The notes below the pieces were generated by a model. It ran no database searches. It saw only the letters and a list, made by a program, of their open reading frames with translations, and was not told the DNA's origin. The position numbers and the translations under genes are program-made. 64,000 nt of DNA from a bacterium (GTDB taxonomy: Bacteria; UBA8248): assembly GCA_965213685.1 (NCBI GenBank), contig CBDBZY010000003.1, positions 256,001-320,000 on the forward strand. The letters run 5' to 3'. Below are positions 57,790-64,000 of this stretch, in pieces (the stretch's first letter is position 1; the number at the start of each line of letters is the position of its first letter).

Positions 57790-58299
57790 GTGAGCGGGAA
57801 GGTGGCCGTGGGCGTCGCGTTGCGGCCGCACGGCCTGAAAGGGGCCGTCCGGGTGGAGCCCTGGCTGGACGATGTGGACGCCTACGGGCGCATCGGAGAG
57901 GTGGCGACCCGGGAGGCGCCGCCGAGAAGATTCGAGATAGAGGCCTTCCACCCCGGCGGGAAGGGAGCCGTCGTCTGGAAGTTTGCGGGAATCGATACCC
58001 CCGAGGACGCCGAGGCGCTGCGGGGGATGGTTTTTTTGGCGGACAGAAAGTTCCTCGACGGTCCCGAGAGCGGGGTGTTGTATTTTGAGGATTTCGAGGG
58101 CTGCGAAATCGTGGACGAGGCGGGCGTCCTCCTCGGCCATGTCGTGGACATGCTGGGCGCCGGGGGAAACGACGTCATCGCCATACGCGCACCGGGGGGC
58201 GGAGAGCTCCTCGTGCCCGCGACGCGCGAAGTCGTGTTGAGGCGCGAGGGCGAACGCTGGGTGTTTCGTCCCCCGAGACTGGACGGCGAGGATTGTTGA
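57790..58299 (+). CDS. rimM: ribosome maturation factor RimM
   Basis: PHGLKG, GNDV, LLVP; position in the rpsP-trmD operon. Confidence 0.92.
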   Translation: MSGKVAVGVALRPHGLKGAVRVEPWLDDVDAYGRIGEVATREAPPRRFEIEAFHPGGKGAVVWKFAGIDTPEDAEALRGMVFLADRKFLDGPESGVLYFEDFEGCEIVDEAGVLLGHVVDMLGAGGNDVIAIRAPGGGELLVPATREVVLRREGERWVFRPPRLDGEDC

Positions 58300-58313
58300 G
58301 TGAGGGGAGAGGC

Positions 58314-59036
58314 ATGCGCGTCGACGTTCTTTCCCTGTTCCCCCGCATGGTGGAGGAGGCGTTTCGGGAAGGCGTCGTAGGGCGCGCGATGCGGGGGGGC
58401 CTCCTGCAGCTCCGGGTCTGGAACCTGAGGGATTTCGCCGAGGGGAAATACAGGCAAACCGACGACGCCCCGTTCGGCGGCGGGGCGGGCATGGTGATGA
58501 AGCCCGAGCCGATACTCAGGGCCGCCAGGGCGGTCCGGAAAGACGGGGAGGGCGAGCCGCTCAAGGTGTTGCTCACCCCGCAGGGGCGGTTGTTCGATCA
58601 AGAAACCGCCATGCGCCTCTCCCGCATCCCCAGGCTGCTTCTCATCTGCGGCCGGTATGAGGGCGTGGACGAGAGGGTGAGCGCGTTGTGCGCGGACGAG
58701 GAGATCTCCGTCGGCGATTACGTGCTCTCGGGGGGGGAGATTCCGGCCATGCTCGTGCTGGACGCCGTCGGCAGGCTGATCCCCGGCGTGCTGGGCAACG
58801 ATGATTCCGCCGCACAGGACAGCTTCGCCGGCGGCCTGCTCGACCATCCCCACTACACGCGCCCGGCGGAGTTTGAGGGGATGCGCGTCCCGGAGGTGCT
58901 TTTGTCCGGCGACCATGAGGCCATCCGGCTTTGGAGGAGGCGCGAGTCGCTCCGGAGAACGCGGGAGAGACGGGGAGATTTGTGGGAGCGGGCCGAGTGG
59001 AGCGATGAAGATTTGCGTTTGCTGGAATCTCCCTAG
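58314..59036 (+). CDS. trmD: tRNA (guanine37-N1)-methyltransferase
   Basis: DDAPFGGGAGMV, CGRYEGVDER, SVGDYVLSGGE, PHYTRP. Confidence 0.98.
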   Translation: MRVDVLSLFPRMVEEAFREGVVGRAMRGGLLQLRVWNLRDFAEGKYRQTDDAPFGGGAGMVMKPEPILRAARAVRKDGEGEPLKVLLTPQGRLFDQETAMRLSRIPRLLLICGRYEGVDERVSALCADEEISVGDYVLSGGEIPAMLVLDAVGRLIPGVLGNDDSAAQDSFAGGLLDHPHYTRPAEFEGMRVPEVLLSGDHEAIRLWRRRESLRRTRERRGDLWERAEWSDEDLRLLESP

Positions 59037-59056
59037 ACCCGGGAGGCTCGGGATTT

Positions 59057-59683
59057 TTGGGCAACGTCTATCTCGGGCTGGTGCACCATCCTGTCCTGAA
59101 TCGGGAGGGCGGGGTTGTGACTTCCTCCGTCACCAGCCTCGATTTGCACGATCTGGCCCGCGTGGGCCGCACCTATGGAGCCTCGGGCGTATTTGTGGTA
59201 CATCCCTCCGCTCCGCAGCGGGCCTTCGTCCACCGGGTGATAGGGCATTTCGTGGAAGGGCGGGGGCGCGTGTTGCACCCGCAAAGAGGGGAGACGCTGG
59301 AGTTTCTGGAGGTTTTGCCGTCCCTCGACGCGCTCGTCGAAGAGGTGGAGCGCAGGGAGTCCAGGAGGCCGCAATGCGCGGCGACGACGGCGCGGCGCGT
59401 CCCGCGCGCCGAGGGGTATGGCGCGATGCGAAGCCGGATACGGGGGACGGACGCCCCGCTCGTCGTTTTGTTCGGCACGAGCTGGGGGCTGGCGGACGAG
59501 GTTTTGGATAGGTGCGACGTGGTGTTGCAGCCGGTGCGGGCGGCGGCGGATACGGGGTTCAACCATCTGTCGGTTCGCGGTGCGGCGGCGGTTGTGGTAG
59601 ATCGCATTCTGGGCGAGCGAGAGGTATGCGGCGGAGATTTTCAGGAAAAGGAGCAGGCGGGTGAACATTATCGATCGGATTGA
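59057..59683 (+). CDS. SPOUT-class RNA methyltransferase (TrmD-associated, DUF2168-like)
   Basis: [33 protein letters not shown]. Confidence 0.88.
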   Translation: MGNVYLGLVHHPVLNREGGVVTSSVTSLDLHDLARVGRTYGASGVFVVHPSAPQRAFVHRVIGHFVEGRGRVLHPQRGETLEFLEVLPSLDALVEEVERRESRRPQCAATTARRVPRAEGYGAMRSRIRGTDAPLVVLFGTSWGLADEVLDRCDVVLQPVRAAADTGFNHLSVRGAAAVVVDRILGEREVCGGDFQEKEQAGEHYRSD

Positions 59684-60008
59684 GCGCGAGGGCATGCGCA
59701 AGGACGTTCCCGAGTTTGAACCGGGGGACACGGTGCGCGTTCACGTGAAAATCGTGGAGGGCGACAAGGAGCGCATCCAGGTGTTCGAGGGCGTCGTCAT
59801 CGGGAGGCAGGGCGGCGGGCTTCGCGAGAGATTCCGCGTTCGCAAACTCTCCTACGGCATCGGCGTGGAGCGGATATTTCCGGTGCACTCTCCCAGGATT
59901 GACAGGATAGAGATTACCCGAAAGGGCCGCGTGCGCCGCGCGAAGCTCTACTACCTGCGGGAGCGCAAGGGCAAGGCGGCCCAAGTGAAGGAGCGCCGCA
60001 GAAGGTAG
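59661..60008 (+). CDS. rplS: 50S ribosomal protein L19
   Basis: [31 protein letters not shown]. Confidence 0.98.
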   Translation: MNIIDRIEREGMRKDVPEFEPGDTVRVHVKIVEGDKERIQVFEGVVIGRQGGGLRERFRVRKLSYGIGVERIFPVHSPRIDRIEITRKGRVRRAKLYYLRERKGKAAQVKERRRR

Positions 60009-60034
60009 CGCCAGCGCCGCATCGCTCGCCCCAA

Positions 60035-60079
60035 GGGACGAGCCTCCGGCCCCCGGGGGGGGCTTTCCGGGGCCGTCCC
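60035..60079. terminator. GC-rich hairpin between convergent rplS and hydrolase
   Basis: GGCCCCGG/CCGGGGCC stem enclosed by GGGAC/GTCCC; no clear U tract. Confidence 0.4.
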
Positions 60080-61129
60080 TCACCCCTCGATGAAGTTTTG
60101 CACCTCGCTGTAGAGCGCCTCGCGGCACCATTCGTACTGGGCGAAATGCGTGGCGTCTCCCAGGACGACCGAGCGCTTCCCCCGGCTGTTGACCAGCGCG
60201 CGATAGACGGCGGAGAAGACGGGCGCGGTGGAGCTCCTGTCGTGGTCGCCCCGGATGGTCAGGACCGGACAGGTGATCTTGCGCGCGTCGTAGAGCGGCT
60301 TGTTGCGCGCGCGGTCGTACGCGTCCGCCATCGCGCCGTTGGGCACGCGGACGGCGGGCGTTTTTCTGTGGCTGCCCTCCTCGTCGAATCGCAGCTGCTC
60401 CGTCCAGAAGCGCCGAATCGCCTCCTCCGTTCTCCACTTGGCATGCCGCCCCTCGGGGATGCTCCCGTCCCATCGCTCCCGCTGGTAGCTTTCGGTGACC
60501 CAGCGCCACGCCCCGCGCCGGGGGTCCCAGCGGCCGGGCCGCGCGGGGTCTTCCTGGCGGGCGGCCGCCTCGGGGTCGTCGTATGCGTAGAAGGGGGCGT
60601 ACAGCGCGAGGCGGCGGACGCGGCCTTGTTTCCCGGCGGTGAAGGCGGCCGTCGTCGTGGTGCCCCAGGACCAGCCGAGGAGGTTCAGCTTGCCGATGGC
60701 GTTTTGCCCGCAAATGAACCGCACGGCGGCGTCGATGTCGCGCACCGCAGTGAGTCCCCGCACGGCCGGCGGCTGGTCCGCGGGGTTTCTGCGCATTTCC
60801 GGGGGGCGCGTGGAGGGGCCGTACCCCCGAATGCAGAGGGCGTAGACGTGAAAACCGCGGCCTGCGACGAAATCCATCCACGAGTAGCCGGGCAGCGGGA
60901 GGTCGAACGCGACGGGCGACGGGGTGCTTTGCCCATGCACCATCAGCAGCGTGTTGGCCGCCTCGGTCTTCCGCATTCCCCGGGGCTTCTTCTCTCGCAG
61001 GTGCAGCCGGACGCCCGCGTCGTGGGCATCGATGAAGTGGTCTTTTTGAAATATCGCGGCACGCGCCAACGCCTCTTCTCCCGGTGGAGGAACCCCCCGC
61101 ATCCTCTCAAATTCTTGTCCATCCTCCAA
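60080..61129 (-). CDS. alpha/beta fold hydrolase
   Basis: MVHG, IRGYGPS, GWSWG nucleophile elbow, GDHD, ATH; start uncertain. Confidence 0.88.
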   Translation of the reverse strand: MEDGQEFERMRGVPPPGEEALARAAIFQKDHFIDAHDAGVRLHLREKKPRGMRKTEAANTLLMVHGQSTPSPVAFDLPLPGYSWMDFVAGRGFHVYALCIRGYGPSTRPPEMRRNPADQPPAVRGLTAVRDIDAAVRFICGQNAIGKLNLLGWSWGTTTTAAFTAGKQGRVRRLALYAPFYAYDDPEAAARQEDPARPGRWDPRRGAWRWVTESYQRERWDGSIPEGRHAKWRTEEAIRRFWTEQLRFDEEGSHRKTPAVRVPNGAMADAYDRARNKPLYDARKITCPVLTIRGDHDRSSTAPVFSAVYRALVNSRGKRSVVLGDATHFAQYEWCREALYSEVQNFIEG

Positions 61130-61200
61130 GCGCAGCGGCCGGGCGCTCCGCTTGAAGATGCTTCGATTTGGCGATAGATTGCTCCTCTCCGCCGCCTAGT

Positions 61201-61815
61201 ATGGTGTCCCCCATGTATTCCATCGAGCTGGCTCTTGCGAGAGAGGGCGCCTCGGCCGTCGCGGGCGTGGACGAGGCCGGGCGCGGATCTCTGGCGGGCC
61301 CGGTGGTTGCCGCCGCCGTGGTGCTGGACCCGGACGATCCGATCTGCGGGCTGGATGACAGCAAAAAGCTCTCCCCGCGCAAGAGGGAGACGCTGCTCTC
61401 CGAGATTCTCGCCCGCGCGCGCGCCGTGGCCCTGGCGGCGGCCGGCCCGCGCGAGATCGAGAGAGTCAACATCCTGCAGGCGTCGCTTCGCGCGATGGTG
61501 ACCGCCGTGGGAAGGCTTGCGTGTGCCCCTGCGCATGTGCTCATCGACGGGAACATCGCGATTCCCGCGCCATTGCCGCAAACCCCGCTGGTAGGGGGAG
61601 ACGCGCGGTGTGCCTGCATCGCGGCGGCGAGCGTGGTCGCCAAGGTGCATCGGGATCGGCTCATGGCGCGGATGGACGGGCGTTTTCCGGGCTACGGGTT
61701 CCGCAAGCACAAGGGATACCCCACGCAGGAGCACCTCGCCGCCCTGGAGCGGCATGGCCGCTGCCGCATTCATCGCCGGACTTTTCGGGGGGTGCCTCCG
61801 GAGGCCGGGGCGTGA
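61201..61815 (+). CDS. rnhB: ribonuclease HII
   Basis: GVDEAGRG, DDSKKL, IAAASVVAKV, HKGYPT. Confidence 0.97.
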   Translation: MVSPMYSIELALAREGASAVAGVDEAGRGSLAGPVVAAAVVLDPDDPICGLDDSKKLSPRKRETLLSEILARARAVALAAAGPREIERVNILQASLRAMVTAVGRLACAPAHVLIDGNIAIPAPLPQTPLVGGDARCACIAAASVVAKVHRDRLMARMDGRFPGYGFRKHKGYPTQEHLAALERHGRCRIHRRTFRGVPPEAGA

Positions 61816-61822
61816 GGACGCC

Positions 61823-62182
61823 ATGAGTCAGGCGGGCGGAAAACGGGGAGAGGATGCGGCCGTCCGGTTCCTGCGCCGCCGCGGGTATGAAATCGTGGAG
61901 CGCAACTACCGCGGCTCCCGCTACGAGGTGGACATCATCGCGCGCGAGGGGGAGGTTCTCTCCTTCGTCGAGGTGAAGACCCGAGCGGCCGGCAAGTCCT
62001 GGAGCGGTGCGGAGGCCGTCAACCGGGAGAAGCAGCGGCGCATCGCACAGGCCGCGCAGCACTACCTGATGGCTCACCCGCACGAGCGGGCTTGCGCGTG
62101 CCGCTTCGACGTGGTGTTGCTGGAGGTGGAAGCCGGGAAAAGGCCGAGGGCCAAACGACTTCTGCGGAATGCGTTTTCGTAG
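61823..62182 (+). CDS. yraN: YraN family protein
   Basis: GEDAA..FL, RNYR, EVDIIA, FVEVKTR, RFDV. Confidence 0.93.
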   Translation: MSQAGGKRGEDAAVRFLRRRGYEIVERNYRGSRYEVDIIAREGEVLSFVEVKTRAAGKSWSGAEAVNREKQRRIAQAAQHYLMAHPHERACACRFDVVLLEVEAGKRPRAKRLLRNAFS

Positions 62183-62262
62183 CCCCCTTTCCCCTGCGGA
62201 TTTGCGCCGCCGTCGGGAGAAAGTCCCCGTCCGGGGCGCGTTTGCCTTTATCTATCTGTTTC

Positions 62263-63057
62263 CTATCTGTTGCGCGCGGCGATCAGGCGAAGCCCCAGAA
62301 GGGTGAGCGCCGGGTTGCGCACGTCGAAGACGCCCGCCTCCTCGCCATCCGCGCCTTCGTTGAACGTCAGGCTCTGGCCGCCGGTTGCGACGACCTTCGC
62401 ATTTTCGCCGAGTTCGGCCTTCATGCGGCCCACGATTTCCTTGACCAGGCCCCGATACCCGTATGCGATGCCGGATTGAATGCTGTGGACCGTGTTGCGG
62501 CCGATGACCGAGGGGGGGATGGCGGTCTCGACCCTGGGAAGCCGCGCCGTCTTGTCGATGAGCGCATCGAGTGCGATTCCCAGGCCGGGGGCGATGGCCC
62601 CGCCCAGGTATTCTCCGCCGGCGGATATCGCGTCGAAGGTGATGGCCGTTCCGAAATCCACGATGATCAATGGCCCGCCGTACAGGTGGTGGCCGGCGAC
62701 GGCGTTGACGATTCGGTCCGCCCCCACCTCGCGGGGGTTGTCGTATTTTATCGGGATTCCGGTGCGGGTGCCCGGGCCGACGACCAGCGGCTTTACCCCG
62801 AAATGGCGCTTGGACATCTCCTCCAGCGTGGGCCCCAGGGGCGGAACGACGCTCGCGATGACGATGCGGCCCACCTCCGACATCCGATGCCCCCCGACGC
62901 GGAACAGGCCTTCCATGAGAATGGCGAGTTCGTCCGTCGTGCGGCGGGCGACGGAGCCGAGCCGCCAGCTCGCGCGGAGCGTCTCCCCGTCAAAGAGCCC
63001 GACGACGGTTTGCGTGTTGCCGACGTCGATGGCCAGCAGGCGGGAGCCCCTGCTCAC
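62263..63057 (-). CDS. coaX: type III pantothenate kinase
   Basis: DVGNT, VGADR, DFGTAITFD, GGAIAPG, ATGG. Confidence 0.96.
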   Translation of the reverse strand: MSRGSRLLAIDVGNTQTVVGLFDGETLRASWRLGSVARRTTDELAILMEGLFRVGGHRMSEVGRIVIASVVPPLGPTLEEMSKRHFGVKPLVVGPGTRTGIPIKYDNPREVGADRIVNAVAGHHLYGGPLIIVDFGTAITFDAISAGGEYLGGAIAPGLGIALDALIDKTARLPRVETAIPPSVIGRNTVHSIQSGIAYGYRGLVKEIVGRMKAELGENAKVVATGGQSLTFNEGADGEEAGVFDVRNPALTLLGLRLIAARNR

Positions 63058-63821
63058 AGGAGCTCCATCGCACCGGAATCCAGCCTCTGGACGGCGCCGT
63101 CGGCGGCCTGAAGCATCAGGCGGCCCGCCTCGTCAATGCCTTCGCTTCTTCCGTGCACCGTCCTGTCCGCCAGGCGGAGGGATACCCTCTGGCCCAGATG
63201 ATCGCAGCGGCTGAGCCAGCGGCTGCGAATTTCCCCGAAACCGTTCGACAGGAATTCCTTGTACCAGAAGGCGACGCGCCCCAGAAGGGAGTGGAGCAGA
63301 TCCTCCGGGCGGGGGACCCTCCCCCCGGAGAGCAGAACGGAGGAGGCGGCTTCGCGCAACGCGGGGGGGAAATCGCCCCTGCCCGTCGCGACGTTGATTC
63401 CCACGCCCGCGATGACGGCGGGAGGCCCATCTGGGGCGGCCGCGCATTCGCACAGGATTCCGCCGATTTTTTTCCCCTCCACCCGCAAGTCGTTCGGCCA
63501 CTTGAGACCGATGCGGCAGCCCGTCGCCTCCTGGAGCCCCTCCGCGACGGCGACGCCCATGAGGAGCGTCGTGGCGGGAAGAAGTTCGGTCCGGACGTCC
63601 GGCCGAAGCAGGGCGGAGAAATACAACCCGCCCCCCGGCGGCGAAAACCAGGCGCGGCCCCGCCTCCCCCTGCCCCTGGTTTGGGACCTCGCCCGTATGA
63701 CGAGGCCCTCGGCCGCACCCTCTCGCGCTCTGGCCGCCACCAGATCGTTGGTGGAGCCGACCTCCTCGAGCGTTTCGACCCGCCAGCACAGCCCCCGCGC
63801 GCTCGGGGCGATGCGCTTCAT
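63054..63821 (-). CDS. birA: biotin--acetyl-CoA-carboxylase ligase (no HTH)
   Basis: STN, QTRGRGRRGRAW, KWPND, KIGGIL. Confidence 0.95.
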   Translation of the reverse strand: MKRIAPSARGLCWRVETLEEVGSTNDLVAARAREGAAEGLVIRARSQTRGRGRRGRAWFSPPGGGLYFSALLRPDVRTELLPATTLLMGVAVAEGLQEATGCRIGLKWPNDLRVEGKKIGGILCECAAAPDGPPAVIAGVGINVATGRGDFPPALREAASSVLLSGGRVPRPEDLLHSLLGRVAFWYKEFLSNGFGEIRSRWLSRCDHLGQRVSLRLADRTVHGRSEGIDEAGRLMLQAADGAVQRLDSGAMELL

Positions 63822-64000
63822 CTAGTTCTGGAGCTCCAGTATGCGGGCGGTGCTCTCGCGAAGTTTCTCCACCCGCTCGCGGGTTTCGCGCAAGCGGGTT
63901 CTGTCCTTCTCCACGATGGCGGCCGGTGCGCGTTCGATGAAGGAGGCGTTTGCGAGCTTCTTCTCCAGGCCGGATATGGCGTCGCTCGCGTCCGAGATTT
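63822..64000 (-). CDS. valS: valine--tRNA ligase C-terminal arm, 5' outside window
   Basis: Manual translation LEKKLANASFIERAPAAIVEKDR matches the ValS C-terminal motif. Confidence 0.85.
   Translation of the reverse strand, partial: ISDASDAISGLEKKLANASFIERAPAAIVEKDRTRLRETRERVEKLRESTARILELQN

Overview
High-GC (roughly 65-70% by eye) bacterial chromosomal window dominated by core genes: kdsB-pyrG-kdsA, thrC and a Cys/Met PLP enzyme, nfeD-SPFH, recD2-mazG/mutL, guaBA, dnaE-lipB-exbBD, rplM-rpsI, argCJ, rpsB-tsf-pyrH-frr-uppS-cdsA-dxr, pgpA-cinA-thpR-recA, def-fmt-rsmB-rpe, ffh-rpsP-rimM-trmD-rplS, rnhB-yraN, coaX-birA-valS. The gene order suggests a diderm deltaproteobacteria/Nitrospinota-like organism (inference only). 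Many essential genes carry single-base frameshifts, dense at 33.7-39.8 kb, most likely long-read consensus errors. I found no rRNA, tRNA, CRISPR array, integrase or transposase. The most notable signal is a set of small insertions and duplications bounded by diverged copies of neighbouring host gene ends: (i) a DUF4145/HEPN-like gene between two copies of an aminotransferase promoter-RBS-start, coupled through an 11-aa decoy leader; (ii) an array of silent recD2 3' tails plus an allelic dehydrogenase 3' tail, all joined at GCCGCCTGC; (iii) a two-gene islet after guaA closed by a degenerate copy of the guaA 3' end. In addition, recA is flanked by a DUF262-remnant/HNH/RAMA-like nuclease and an AT-rich orphan amino-methyltransferase, and tandem NrdR-like boxes sit between mazG and mutL.
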